A stretch of 64,000 nucleotides of DNA from an uncultured Sutterella sp. (GCA_905202595.1 CAJKSP010000002.1:13870-77869), one strand, 5' to 3'; counted from the stretch's first letter, positions 47,725 through 57,709 are shown. Notes: a model not told the origin generated them from the letters alone. Program-made: numbers and translations.

Positions 47725-48597
47725 ATGAGCTGGATCAACCACATTCTTCCGAAGATCAAGCGCGAGGACGAGCCCCGCAAGACGAGTCCGGTGCCTGAAG
47801 GCGTCTGGACGAAGTGTCCGGGCTGCGATCAGGTGCTTTACACCGAAGAGCTCGAGCGCTGCCTCAAGGTCTGCCCGAAGTGCGGCTACCATTTCCGCCT
47901 CGGCGCCCGCGTGCGGCTCCTCTCGTTCCTTGATCCGGGCACGGCGGTGGAGATCGGCTCGGAGATCCGCGCGAAGGATCCGCTCGGCTTCAACGACAGC
48001 AAGCCCTATCCGCAGCGCCATGCCGCCGCCGAGGCGAAGACGCATGAAACGGATGCGCTGCTTGTGATGGCGGGCGAGCTGCGCCGCGAGCCCGTTGTGG
48101 CGGCGGCCTTTGAATTCGGCTTCATGGGCGGCTCGATGGGCTCCGTTGTGGGCGAACGCTTCGCGCTCGGCGTCGACGAGGCCATCCGGCGCGCGTGCCC
48201 CTACATCGTCTTCTGCGCATCGGGCGGCGCCCGCATGCAGGAAGGCCTGGTGTCGCTCTATCAGATGGCGAAGACGAACGCCGCGGCGGCCCGCCTTTCG
48301 AAGGCGCATCTGCCGTTCGTGACGGTTCTCACGGATCCGACGATGGGCGGCGTTTCGGCCTCCTTCGCCTTCCTCGGCGACGTGGTGCTCGCCGAGCCTA
48401 AGGCGCTCATCGGCTTTGCCGGCCCGCGAGTGATCGAGCAGACGGTGCGCGAGAAGCTCCCCGAGGGCTTCCAGCGCTCCGAGTACCTCATGAAGACGGG
48501 GCAGATCGATCAAATCGTCGATCGGCGCGATTTGCGGGCGCGCATTTCCATCATCACGCAGCTTCTCATGAAGAAGCGTCCGGTGAACGGCGTCTAG
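47725..48597 (+). CDS. accD: acetyl-CoA carboxylase carboxyltransferase subunit beta
   Basis: 290 aa with N-terminal Zn-ribbon [16 protein letters not shown] and the CT domain. A TATAAT sits at about 47628 upstream. Confidence 0.9.
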   Translation: MSWINHILPKIKREDEPRKTSPVPEGVWTKCPGCDQVLYTEELERCLKVCPKCGYHFRLGARVRLLSFLDPGTAVEIGSEIRAKDPLGFNDSKPYPQRHAAAEAKTHETDALLVMAGELRREPVVAAAFEFGFMGGSMGSVVGERFALGVDEAIRRACPYIVFCASGGARMQEGLVSLYQMAKTNAAAARLSKAHLPFVTVLTDPTMGGVSASFAFLGDVVLAEPKALIGFAGPRVIEQTVREKLPEGFQRSEYLMKTGQIDQIVDRRDLRARISIITQLLMKKRPVNGV

Positions 48598-48754
48598 GCG
48601 CCGCGCATTCGCCTCGCTTCAGCTGAAGCTGATTGTCCGGCAGGCGCGCTCCGGCGCTCTGCTGTCTCGTCCGTCCGCCGCACGGGCCGCAGGGCCCCGG
48701 CGGACGCCGTCATTTTGAAGCGCTCTATTTCGAGTGCGAAGGACTTAAGTAAGC

Positions 48755-50077
48755 ATGTCTACTGAAGAACTGAAGACGCTTGACGACTGGCTCGGCTTCA
48801 TCGAACGGCTGCATGACAAGCCGATCGACCTCGGCCTCGGCCGCATGAAGACGATGATCGAGCGCATGGGCATTCACTTCGACTGCCCCGTGATCACCGT
48901 TGCGGGCACGAACGGCAAGGGCTCGACCTGCGCCATGCTCGAGCGCATCTATCGCGAAGCGGGCTACCGCACCGGCATGCACACCTCGCCGCACCTCCTT
49001 CGCTTCAACGAGCGCGCCGTGATCTGCGGGCGCGAAGCGACGGATGATGAGCTCATTGCCGCCTTCCGCAAGGTGGAGGCGGCTCGCGACGGCCTTTCGC
49101 TTTCCTACTTCGAATACACGGGGCTTGCCGTCCTGAAGCTTTTCCAGGATGCGGCGCTTGACGTCGTGATTCTCGAAATCGGCCTCGGCGGCCGGCTCGA
49201 TGCGATGAATTCGATCGACGCCGACGTCTCCGTCATCGCTGCCGTCGGCATTGACCACACTGCCTTCCTCGGGCCGACGCGCGAGCTGATCGGCATTGAA
49301 AAGGCGCACATCTACCGCCCGGGCCGACCGGCCGTCTGTTCGGATCCTGAGCCGCCGGCCACCGTGCCGGAATTCGCGCACAAGATCGGCGCGCGCTACT
49401 TCGGCCTCGGCCGCGAGTTCTCAATCGACGAGCATGCCGACGGCACGTTCGGCTTTCGGATCGGCGATCTGGTCTGGGATCCGCTGCCGAAGCCTTCGCT
49501 TGCGGGCGAAAACCAGTACCGCAATGCGGCGGGCGCGCTGGCTGCCGCAGCGCTTCTGCGAGATCGGCTCCCGCTGACGCAGGATGCCGTTTCCCGCGCG
49601 CTAGCCGATACGCACATCACCGCCCGCTTCGAATGCGTGACGAAGGATCCCTGCCCGACGATTCTCGACGTCGGCCACAATCCGCAGGCGGCCGGCGTTC
49701 TGGCGGACAATCTCCGCCGCTCGAAGCGTCCGGGCGAATGGACGATTGCGGTCTTCGGCATGCTGGTCGACAAGGACCGTCCGTCCGTCTGCCGCGCCGT
49801 GAAGGGCGAGATCGACGAGTGGTACATGTCGGGCCTGCCGACGGCGCGCGGCTGCAGCGGCGATCTGCTCTGGGCCTCCATGGAGGAGGCGGGCATCAAC
49901 ATGACGCGTGTCACGCGCACGGAGAGCGTCGCCGCATCGCTTGCGGCAGCGCGAGCCGCCGCGCAGAAGCGTCTCGCCGAGCATCCGGAGCAGCCTGTTA
50001 GAATCATCGTATTCGGCTCTTTTGTCACCGTGACGGGCGCGCTTGAAGCGCTTGCCGCAGAGGGCATCCGCCGATAA
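48755..50077 (+). CDS. folC: bifunctional folylpolyglutamate synthase / dihydrofolate synthase
   Basis: 440 aa with P-loop VITVAGTNGKGST and Mur-ligase middle and C-terminal domains. Confidence 0.9.
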   Translation: MSTEELKTLDDWLGFIERLHDKPIDLGLGRMKTMIERMGIHFDCPVITVAGTNGKGSTCAMLERIYREAGYRTGMHTSPHLLRFNERAVICGREATDDELIAAFRKVEAARDGLSLSYFEYTGLAVLKLFQDAALDVVILEIGLGGRLDAMNSIDADVSVIAAVGIDHTAFLGPTRELIGIEKAHIYRPGRPAVCSDPEPPATVPEFAHKIGARYFGLGREFSIDEHADGTFGFRIGDLVWDPLPKPSLAGENQYRNAAGALAAAALLRDRLPLTQDAVSRALADTHITARFECVTKDPCPTILDVGHNPQAAGVLADNLRRSKRPGEWTIAVFGMLVDKDRPSVCRAVKGEIDEWYMSGLPTARGCSGDLLWASMEEAGINMTRVTRTESVAASLAAARAAAQKRLAEHPEQPVRIIVFGSFVTVTGALEALAAEGIRR

Positions 50078-50121
50078 TGCGCTGATGGCGCGCAGCGTGC
50101 GCGCCGCCGATTTTTCTCAAG

Positions 50122-51594
50122 GTGAGCGACATGTCGTTCTTCAATCCTTTCCGGAAAAACGCCGTCAAGCCTCAGGACGAACGTCAGGAGCCGACAGCGG
50201 GCGACATGCCGGGCGCCGAAGCGCCGCAGGCGCCGGCTGAGCCTTCGGGCCAGCCGGAAAGCGGCGCCGCGAAGGTGCCGCCGCCCTGGGCGCAGACAGA
50301 GGCGCCGGCCTTCGAGCCGGCTGGCGCTGAGAGAAAAGAGCCCTTGATGGGCTCAGGTCTGGCAAAGTCCGCCGACGATGAAGGCGCTGCCGGCGTCGGG
50401 TCTGGCAGCGCTGCTGCATCAGCGGCGCCGCCGGCCTTTGAGGAGGTTTCCTCCTCTTCCGAAGGGACCTACGATCCGTACGGCATTGCCGCACAGGCGC
50501 GCGCAAAGCGCGAAGCCGAGGAAGCGGCCGAAGCCAGAGAAAAGGAAAGGGCGGCTGCTCAAGCCGCCCGCGCTGCAGAAGAAGCGGCGAATCAAGCCCG
50601 CGCCGTACAGGCTGCTGCTGAAAAGGCTCAGGCGGACCGCGAGGCCCGCGCCCGAACTGCAGAAGCGCAGGCTCAGGCCGAAGCGGCGCGCCGCGAAGCG
50701 CGCGAGCGCGAAAAGCGGGCTTCGCTTGCGGCGGCCGAAGCTGCCGCGTCGGAATCCGTCGAGCCCGAAGAGCCGGTGATGGCCCCGGTGCCCCGCGAAG
50801 AAGCGGCGGGCGCGACGCCAAAGCCCGGCAAGCGGCTGCGCGCTGCGCCTGTGCCGCCGATGCGCGAGCTGACGGACGAGGAGCTGCTGGCGCGCCGCCG
50901 CACGAAGCATCGCCTCATCGGCGCGGCAATTCTGCTCATGGCTGTCGTGGTGGCGGCGCCCTTTGTGCTTGACAGCGAGAAGAGCTTCAAGGATGTTCCG
51001 TTCGATACGGCGATTCCTGACGTGTCGGACAATTCGACGACTTTGAAGATTCCGCCTGTGCCGTCCGCGCGAAAGGAAAGCGGCGATCTGGATGTGGCGG
51101 ATTCGACGATTTCGGAAGAAGGCGCAACCGCGAAGGCGAATCTTGCGCTTGATGCCAATGCGCCTGTGAAGGCGGCTGCCTCGGCTGAGAAGCCGGCTGC
51201 GAAGGCGCAGGAGAAAGCCGCTGCGGCGCCGCAGCAGAAGCCGGCCGCAGAGGCGAAGAAGCCTGAAGCAAAGGCGGAGGCCGCGAGCAAGACCGAGAAG
51301 GTCCAGAAGGAAGAGCAGGCGCCGGCCGTGAAAAGCGTCGGCATTGCGCCGCCGACCGGGAGCGGCTACTACATTCAAGTGATGGCGACGAGCTCGGAAC
51401 GGGAGGCTGAAAAGGCGGTCAAGCGTCTGACGCTGCTCGGACTGCCGGCCTACCGCGTGGCGCTCGAGCGCAAGGCGGCGACGCTCTGGCGCGTGCGCAT
51501 CGGCCTCTACAAGACGAGCAAGGAAGCCGAGGGCGTCGTGGGCACGCTCGTTCTCAACGGCTTCACGGCGAAGCCCTTCATTTCGAAGCAGTAG
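50122..51594 (+). CDS. SPOR-domain cell-division protein (DedD/FtsN-like)
   Basis: 490 aa with an A/E-rich cytoplasmic N-terminus, TM LIGAAILLMAVVVAAPFVL and a C-terminal SPOR domain ..YYIQVMATSSEREAEKAVKRLTLLGLPAY..WRVRIGLYKTSKEAE... Its position between folC and cvpA matches E. coli dedD. Confidence 0.75.
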   Translation: MSDMSFFNPFRKNAVKPQDERQEPTAGDMPGAEAPQAPAEPSGQPESGAAKVPPPWAQTEAPAFEPAGAERKEPLMGSGLAKSADDEGAAGVGSGSAAASAAPPAFEEVSSSSEGTYDPYGIAAQARAKREAEEAAEAREKERAAAQAARAAEEAANQARAVQAAAEKAQADREARARTAEAQAQAEAARREAREREKRASLAAAEAAASESVEPEEPVMAPVPREEAAGATPKPGKRLRAAPVPPMRELTDEELLARRRTKHRLIGAAILLMAVVVAAPFVLDSEKSFKDVPFDTAIPDVSDNSTTLKIPPVPSARKESGDLDVADSTISEEGATAKANLALDANAPVKAAASAEKPAAKAQEKAAAAPQQKPAAEAKKPEAKAEAASKTEKVQKEEQAPAVKSVGIAPPTGSGYYIQVMATSSEREAEKAVKRLTLLGLPAYRVALERKAATLWRVRIGLYKTSKEAEGVVGTLVLNGFTAKPFISKQ

Positions 51595-51817
51595 CGGGAT
51601 GCTTCTCGGCGAGCAAATGCCTTTACGTTAAGATGATTCCTCTTCGAGCCGCCTCAGCGCGGCTCGCCTCTTCGAATAGAATAGGCGCGCATTCGGCAGG
51701 GCGGTCCAGAAGCCCGTTCTGCCGCCAGGCCTCGCTTTTGCTGCGCCCAAGAGGACTCAGGCCTTGCGGCCGCCTTTTCCCGTCCGACGCAATCCCCTAT
51801 ATTCTCGGCTCCGCGCC

Positions 51818-52333
51818 ATGACTGAAATCGACTGGATCATCATCGCTCTGCTCTTCCTCTCCACGGCAGTGGGGGTGGTGCGCGGCGTCATGCGCGAGAT
51901 CCTGGCGCTTGCCGGCTGGGTGGCGGGCATTCTCCTTGCCATGAATTTTGCCGGAGAGCTCGCAGAGGCCATTCCGCTCGAGAGCATCGGCTATCTGCCG
52001 CGAGTGATGATTGCGGCGGTGCTGATTCTCGTTGCGGCGCTTTTCCTCTGCGGCCTTCTCGGACTGCTGCTCCGCCGTCTCATTGAAGTCGCCTCCATTT
52101 CTTTTGAAGACCGCGCGCTCGGCGCGTGCTTCGGCCTCGTGCGCGGCATCATCGTCGCCTGCGCCTGCGTCTTTCTCTTCGGCCTGCCCGATTCCATTCA
52201 CTCGAGCCGCATGTGGCGGCAGTCAATCCTCGTGGGGCCGGCGGAGTCCATCATCGAATGGTCGCTGCCGTATCTGCCGGACTGGCTTGCCGACATGCAT
52301 CGCAGCTACCGCCGCGGTTCGGGAACGCTCTGA
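51818..52333 (+). CDS. cvpA: colicin V production protein CvpA
   Basis: Start MTEIDWIIIALLFLSTAVGVVRGVMREILALAGWV... with 4 TM. It sits upstream of purF, as in E. coli. Confidence 0.85.
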   Translation: MTEIDWIIIALLFLSTAVGVVRGVMREILALAGWVAGILLAMNFAGELAEAIPLESIGYLPRVMIAAVLILVAALFLCGLLGLLLRRLIEVASISFEDRALGACFGLVRGIIVACACVFLFGLPDSIHSSRMWRQSILVGPAESIIEWSLPYLPDWLADMHRSYRRGSGTL

Positions 52334-52535
52334 GGCGGACCCGAAAGCAAGACGCTGTTCGACACGCCATGACCGCCTGCGCCGTCCGCCGCCGACTTTC
52401 CCTGAGAGCCTCTGCGCGCGCCTGCTGCCGGCTGAAGCGCATGGCCGAGGCGTCCGCCGGCCGAACCCTCTTTTTTCGTTCTAATCTGGACGCGGCAGAA
52501 GCGCCCGTCCGTCGTCATTCCTGAGGACCTCACTC

Positions 52536-54056
52536 ATGTGCGGCATCATTGCCCTTCTTTCCAACGAGCCCGTCAACCAGCGCCTCTACGATGCGCTTCT
52601 CCTGCTGCAGCATCGCGGGCAGGACGCAGCAGGCATTGCAACGCTTGACGGCTTGCAGTTCCATGTGCACAAGGCCATGGGACTCGTGACGGAAGTTTTC
52701 CGCACGAGGAACATGCGCGACCTTACAGGCAACATGGGCATCGGCCATGTGCGCTATCCGACGCAGGGCTGCGCGGGCTCGAACCAGGAGTCCCAGCCCT
52801 TCTATGTGAATGCGCCCTACGGCATCATGTTTGCCCACAACGGCAACCTCATCAATGCCGAGGCCCTGAAGCAGGAGCTCTACGAGGAAGATCACCGCCA
52901 CATCAACACGACGAGCGATTCCGAAGTGCTCCTCAATGTGCTCGCTGACGAGCTTTCCCGCGTCTCGAACGGCAAGCGCCTCACGGACGAAGGCGTCTTC
53001 GAGGCGGTGCGCGGCGTGCACAGGCGCGTGCGCGGCTCCTACGCGGTCGTGGCGCTCATTGCCGGCAAGGGCCTGCTCGCCTTCCGCGATCCGCACGGCA
53101 TCCGCCCGATCTGCTTCGGCTCGAACGTCACGGCGTCGGGCGAGAAGGAGTGGATGGTGAGCTCGGAATCCGTCACGATGATCGGCCTCGGCTTCAAGGT
53201 CGAGCGCGATCTCGAGCCGGGCGAAGCGCTTTGGATCGACATGCAGGGCAACCTCAGCACGGCGCAGTGCGCCGAACACCCCGAGCACAATCCCTGCGCC
53301 TTCGAGTACGTCTACTTCGCCCGTCCAGATTCTACGATCGACGGCATCAACGTCTACGGCGCCCGCCTTCGCCTTGGCGAATACCTCGCTGAAACGGTGA
53401 AGCAGAAGCTCGACCTCTCGCAGATTGACGTCGTCATGCCGATTCCGGACAGCTCTCGTCCGATTGCGCAGCAACTTGCCGAGAAGCTTCATCTGCCGTA
53501 TCGCGAAGGCTTCATCAAGAACCGCTACGTCGGCCGCACCTTCATCATGCCGGGACAGGCGGTGCGCAAGAAGAGCGTGCGCCAGAAGCTCAATGCCATG
53601 CCGGTGGAGTTCGAGGGCAAGAATCTGCTGCTTGTCGACGACTCGATTGTGCGCGGCACGACGATGACGGAAATTCTGCGCATGGCGCGCGAGTCCGGCG
53701 CCAAGAAGGTATTTGTGGCATCGGGCGCCCCGCGCGTGATGTTCCCGAATGTCTACGGCATCGACATGCCGACGAAGGCCGAACTCATCTGCGGCGACGG
53801 CAAGAGCGAAGAAGAGGTGGCGAAGGTCATCGGCGCTGACGCCGTCGTCTTCCAGACGCTTGACGGCCTGAAGAATGCGCTGCACGACATGAATCCGTCG
53901 ATTCCTCGCTTCGACTGCTCGTGCTTTGACGGCGTCTATGTGACGGGCGATGTGACGGAAGAGTACCTCGCGTCGCTCAGCCGCAAGCCGGCTGCGCCCA
54001 AGAAGGCGGAGGCGGACGGCGCCGACGAAAGCGAGCCGCAGGATCAGGTTCAGTAA
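52536..54056 (+). CDS. purF: amidophosphoribosyltransferase
   Basis: 506 aa. MCGIIALLS gives the N-terminal nucleophile Cys. A PRTase domain and a C-terminal Cys cluster are present. Confidence 0.95.
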   Translation: MCGIIALLSNEPVNQRLYDALLLLQHRGQDAAGIATLDGLQFHVHKAMGLVTEVFRTRNMRDLTGNMGIGHVRYPTQGCAGSNQESQPFYVNAPYGIMFAHNGNLINAEALKQELYEEDHRHINTTSDSEVLLNVLADELSRVSNGKRLTDEGVFEAVRGVHRRVRGSYAVVALIAGKGLLAFRDPHGIRPICFGSNVTASGEKEWMVSSESVTMIGLGFKVERDLEPGEALWIDMQGNLSTAQCAEHPEHNPCAFEYVYFARPDSTIDGINVYGARLRLGEYLAETVKQKLDLSQIDVVMPIPDSSRPIAQQLAEKLHLPYREGFIKNRYVGRTFIMPGQAVRKKSVRQKLNAMPVEFEGKNLLLVDDSIVRGTTMTEILRMARESGAKKVFVASGAPRVMFPNVYGIDMPTKAELICGDGKSEEEVAKVIGADAVVFQTLDGLKNALHDMNPSIPRFDCSCFDGVYVTGDVTEEYLASLSRKPAAPKKAEADGADESEPQDQVQ

Positions 54057-54070
54057 ATAATGTTGCCGAA

Positions 54071-54164
54071 GCGCCTTCATGCTCATGAGGCGCTTTGATT
54101 CTGCAGAGCAAGATACGCTTTGAAATGTCCCCAGAAAGCGAGACGCTTTCTGGGGCATTTTTTT
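54071..54164 (+). terminator. tandem intrinsic terminators after purF
   Basis: Hairpin 1 is GCGCCT(T)CATG-ctc-CATGAGGCGC plus TTTGATT (54071-54100). Hairpin 2 is CCCCAGAAAGCG-aga-CGCTTTCTGGGG plus CATTTTTTT (54129-54164), a perfect 12-bp stem with T7. Confidence 0.75.
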
Positions 54165-54550
54165 GAACGGGCCAATTTCGGCGGAAATTCGTCTTCAAGC
54201 TTCTTCAGGACCTTTCGGCTTTGCAAAGCTGAAGCTGCATGTGCAAGCGGCAAAGCGAGGAGACTTCTATTTTCGGCAAGAAGAGGAACGTGCAGCTTTT
54301 GTAGCCAAATGTCACATAGCCTCAAGTTTTGTTAAGGCGTCTCCAGTGCGGGTTAAGAGCAGTAAACATCGCTCGGTTCCCTAGGTCGCACCTAAGTTTC
54401 GCTTCCTACACTGAAATCTCCAGAGAGCGCAGTGCATCGGCTTTTGCGGGTGCCGAGCCCATCGGCAGGACCGGACGCGCTCTGAACAAAAATCACGGCA
54501 GGATCTGGCTGCTCGCGTCAAGGAGCCTGCTGAAATAAAAGGAGAATTTC

Positions 54551-55882
54551 ATGAAGCGCATTATTTTCGGCTTTGCCGGCCTGACCGTCGCCGCATGGCT
54601 GTTTGGACTTTGGGCCAATCCTCCCGCTTGGAACGGCCGAGCGCTGAGTCATGAAGTCTTCTATCTCAACGGCGTGCTGGCTTTCGGCCTGATGGCCATC
54701 GCCGTCATCATTGCTGCGCGTCCGGCATGGATTGAGCGCGTGGCAGGCGAGCCGCTGGACGAGCTCTACCGCAGTCACCGCACGATCGGCTTTTGGGCGA
54801 TCGGGCTGTCGGTCTTTCACATTTTTACGAAGGACGTCATGGCGCCTTTCTTCTCGCTGCTGACGCTGGAGCCGGCCACGAAGCCTGTGCCTGCCGAGCC
54901 CGTGACGTGGCTTGACGCCTTCTGGCAGCAGCTTCGTCCCTTTGCCGTGACGTCGTCCTGGGTCGTGTCTGCCGCCGGCCTCATCCTGGCAGTTCTCATC
55001 TTTGTGCCGCAGGTGCGCTATGCGCTCTGGGCTAAGCTGCATGCGCTTTTTTCCGTCATCTTCATCGTGCTCGCCGTGCACGCCGTGCGCCTGATGGATG
55101 CGGCCGATCTGACGCTGCCGCTCGGCTGGATCAATCTTGCCGTGACGATTGTCGGCACGTGGTACAGCGTGAAGCTTCTCGCCGTCGGCCCGGGCCGCAG
55201 CAAGACCTTTGCCGCCTCGGTGGATGCCGTGGAAAAGCATCCCGGCGCGACGATCGTGGTGGTGAAGCCCGCAGCGGCGGACGCGCCCCGCTTCAAGGGC
55301 GGCCAGTTTGCCTTCCTTCGCGCCAAGGGCGCAGAGAAGCATCCCTTCTCCGTGACGCAGCAGCTGCCTGACGGCCGCATCGTCTTCTCGATCAAGTCCT
55401 TCAGCGGCTGGACGAAGAGCGGTGCGCCGAATCTGAAGGCGGGCGATCCCGTCGAGGTCGAAGGCCCCTGGGGCGCCTTCTGCCCGGACTTCAATGCCAG
55501 AGAGCAGGTCTGGGTGGCGGCAGGCATCGGCATTGCGCCCTTCTGCGCCTGGATGGCAACGGCTGCTGAACGCCGCCGCGCTCAGGGCGGCCAGGCGTCC
55601 GACGAACCCCGCATTCAGCTCAACTGGTGCATCAAGAGCCGCGATGCGGAGCCGCTTCTCGAGCGTGCGGTCTCGCTGGCGAAGGCGGCCGGGATTGAGC
55701 TGCGCATCTTCGAATCGAAGAGCGAGCGCCTCGACCCGAAGCGCCTCTTTGAGAAGGGGATTCCTGAACGGCTCGCGCTCTGTGCCGGCGGCCGGCTCGC
55801 CGGCTCCGTCTGCGACGCCTTCGCCCAGGCAGGCGGCGCGCCTGAGAAGATTCAGCGCGAGTACTTCGTCTGGCGCCGTTAA
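54551..55882 (+). CDS. ferric-reductase-like transmembrane (bis-heme) domain fused to FAD- and NAD(P)-binding domains (bacterial NOX/FRE-type flavocytochrome)
   Basis: 443 aa. The N-terminal 6-TM region has paired His residues 13-14 residues apart (HRTIGFWAIGLSVFH; HALFSVIFIVLAVHAV). FAD motif is KHPFSVT and NAD motif is VWVAAGIGIAPF. RBS AAAGGAG. Confidence 0.7.
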   Translation: MKRIIFGFAGLTVAAWLFGLWANPPAWNGRALSHEVFYLNGVLAFGLMAIAVIIAARPAWIERVAGEPLDELYRSHRTIGFWAIGLSVFHIFTKDVMAPFFSLLTLEPATKPVPAEPVTWLDAFWQQLRPFAVTSSWVVSAAGLILAVLIFVPQVRYALWAKLHALFSVIFIVLAVHAVRLMDAADLTLPLGWINLAVTIVGTWYSVKLLAVGPGRSKTFAASVDAVEKHPGATIVVVKPAAADAPRFKGGQFAFLRAKGAEKHPFSVTQQLPDGRIVFSIKSFSGWTKSGAPNLKAGDPVEVEGPWGAFCPDFNAREQVWVAAGIGIAPFCAWMATAAERRRAQGGQASDEPRIQLNWCIKSRDAEPLLERAVSLAKAAGIELRIFESKSERLDPKRLFEKGIPERLALCAGGRLAGSVCDAFAQAGGAPEKIQREYFVWRR

Positions 55883-55902
55883 GCCGCCGAAGTGACGCGG
55901 CG

Positions 55903-55948
55903 AAAAAGCGAGGGCGCCCCCGGAATGCGCTTCCAGGGGCGCCCTCGC
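55903..55948 (-). terminator. terminator between convergent NOX-like and threonine-synthase-like genes
   Basis: GAGGGCGCCCC-(15 nt)-GGGGCGCCCTC, a perfect 11-bp stem, followed on the minus strand by GCTTTTTCGCC. Confidence 0.6.
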
Positions 55949-55976
55949 CGACTGTGCGGCAGCGCCTGACGCGCTC

Positions 55977-57071
55977 TCAGTGATCGGACTTGATGCCCGC
56001 GCCGCACATCGTGATGAGCGTGTCGGGCGTGCGGCCGTGCTTCTCGCAGTAGGCGAGGTAGGCGGCGTAGTTCGCTGCGGTCGTGTGCTCGCAGTAGACG
56101 CCTCGGAGGGCGATGGCCTTGCGGGCGGCGAGGATCTTGTCTTCAGGCGCCGTCACAAATTCAATTTTGTGGCGCCGGGCCATCTCGAGGATCTCATGGC
56201 CTCGCATCGGCACGCCGATCGCGATCCCTTCGGCCATCGTGGGCTCGGGCTTCACGGCGGCGGGCTCCGAAGCATGCGCCAGCGCGGCGCGGTAGAGTGG
56301 GTCGCAGCGCTCGCTCTGCAGCGCAATGATCTGCGGGAACTTGTCAATGGCGCCCGACGCTTCGAGGTGTTCGAGCGCCTTCACGGCGCCGATGAAGAGC
56401 GTGCCGTTTCCCACAGGGATGACGATGTGGGCGGGCATGCGGCCAAGCTGCTCGAAGGTCTCGTAGATGTAGGCCTTCATGCCTTCGTAGAAGAAGGGGT
56501 TGTAGACATGATTGGCGTAATAGGCGCCTTCATCGCGGACCTTGGCGCGGCAGACGTCCGCGCAGTGGTCGCGGGAGCCCGGAACGACGTGAGCGACGGC
56601 GCCGTGCGCTTCAATCATGCGGATCTTCGACGGACTCGTGCCTTCCGGCACGAAGATCTCGCACTTGATGCCCGCCCGCGCGGCGTAGGCGGCGACGGCA
56701 TTGCCGGCGTTGCCGCTCGAGTCCTGCACGCAGCTCTTCACGCCGATCGACTTCATGTGGGCGACGAGCGTGGCGGCGCCGCGGTCCTTGAAGGAGAGGG
56801 TCGGCATGAGGTAGTCCATCTTGAGCATCACGTCGTCGTCAAGCTTGATGATCGGCGTGCGGCCTTCGCCCATGGTCACGTCCTTCCAGGCGTCTCCGTC
56901 AAGCGCCATGAAGCGGCGGTAGCGGAACTGGCTCCATTCCTTCTGGTCGATGAGCGAGGCGTCCCATTTCGGGGGCGTGAAGTCCAGCTCAAAAAGTCCG
57001 CCGCATTCGCAGCAGGGCGCCATGGTTGTGACGGGCGTGCGCTTGCCGCACTTGGTGCAGATGAAGTCCAT
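55977..57071 (-). CDS. threonine-synthase-family PLP-dependent enzyme with N-terminal Cys4 zinc ribbon
   Basis: 364 aa. CTKCG...CCECGG are the N-terminal Cys pairs. The PLP lysine motif is ...TLSFKDRGAATLV... with a fold-type II core. The specific substrate is not assignable. Confidence 0.65.
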   Translation of the reverse strand: MDFICTKCGKRTPVTTMAPCCECGGLFELDFTPPKWDASLIDQKEWSQFRYRRFMALDGDAWKDVTMGEGRTPIIKLDDDVMLKMDYLMPTLSFKDRGAATLVAHMKSIGVKSCVQDSSGNAGNAVAAYAARAGIKCEIFVPEGTSPSKIRMIEAHGAVAHVVPGSRDHCADVCRAKVRDEGAYYANHVYNPFFYEGMKAYIYETFEQLGRMPAHIVIPVGNGTLFIGAVKALEHLEASGAIDKFPQIIALQSERCDPLYRAALAHASEPAAVKPEPTMAEGIAIGVPMRGHEILEMARRHKIEFVTAPEDKILAARKAIALRGVYCEHTTAANYAAYLAYCEKHGRTPDTLITMCGAGIKSDH

Positions 57072-57109
57072 GGGTGAAAGGCCTCCTTGTAGAGTGTGAT
57101 GCAGACGGC

Positions 57110-57496
57110 TCAGTCCGCGTCGTCCACTTCGGCGACGGCTTCGATTTCAACGAGGCAGCCGAAATGCAGATCCGTCGTCGAGACGATGACGCGGCCGGGC
57201 TTGTGCTCGCCGAAGAATTCGGCATAGACCTGATTGATGGCGTTCCAATATTTCACGTCCGGCGTGTAGATGCGGCAGAAGACGACGCGGTCTCGGGTCG
57301 TGCCGGCCGCCTGAAGGACGCGGTCCACGTTGGAGAGCGCCAAGCGCGTGTGGTCGAAGATGTCTCCGTGGGCTACCTCGCGGGTGTCAGGATCAATCGA
57401 GAGCTGTCCTGATACGTAGAGCATGCCCCGAGAGATGACGCCTGGGCTGTAATGGCCTTTGTTTTCGCCTTTGAAGTGGGGATCGACAAGCTTCAT
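57110..57496 (-). CDS. ridA: RidA-family (YjgF/TdcF) enamine/imine deaminase
   Basis: 128 aa with ...SPGVISRGMLYVSGQLSIDPDT...RIYT...PGRVIVSTTDL..VEIEAVA, conserved RidA motifs. Confidence 0.85.
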   Translation of the reverse strand: MKLVDPHFKGENKGHYSPGVISRGMLYVSGQLSIDPDTREVAHGDIFDHTRLALSNVDRVLQAAGTTRDRVVFCRIYTPDVKYWNAINQVYAEFFGEHKPGRVIVSTTDLHFGCLVEIEAVAEVDDAD

Positions 57497-57709
57497 AGAA
57501 ATACCTCAGGAAACCTCCGCCTTCATTCAGACGGAGGAGGAATGAGGTGCGAGGCAAAGCCACGCATGCCCCTATCCAGGGGTCCGAGTCTGACGCCGGC
57601 CTGATATAGGCCGACAAGGCATTATCCGCCCGAACGGACGCAGCGGAGCGGGTGCGCTTAAGGCTTTTCGGCGGCGGCTCCCAGCGCTCTGCCTGTCGGC
57701 TTTCTACGT

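Noticed and set aside
54163-54384. 73-aa ORF in the low-GC spacer after purF
   Set aside because: It starts with TTG inside the terminator T-tract, has no RBS, and shows no recognisable motifs. It is treated as non-coding and reported as part of the leader finding.
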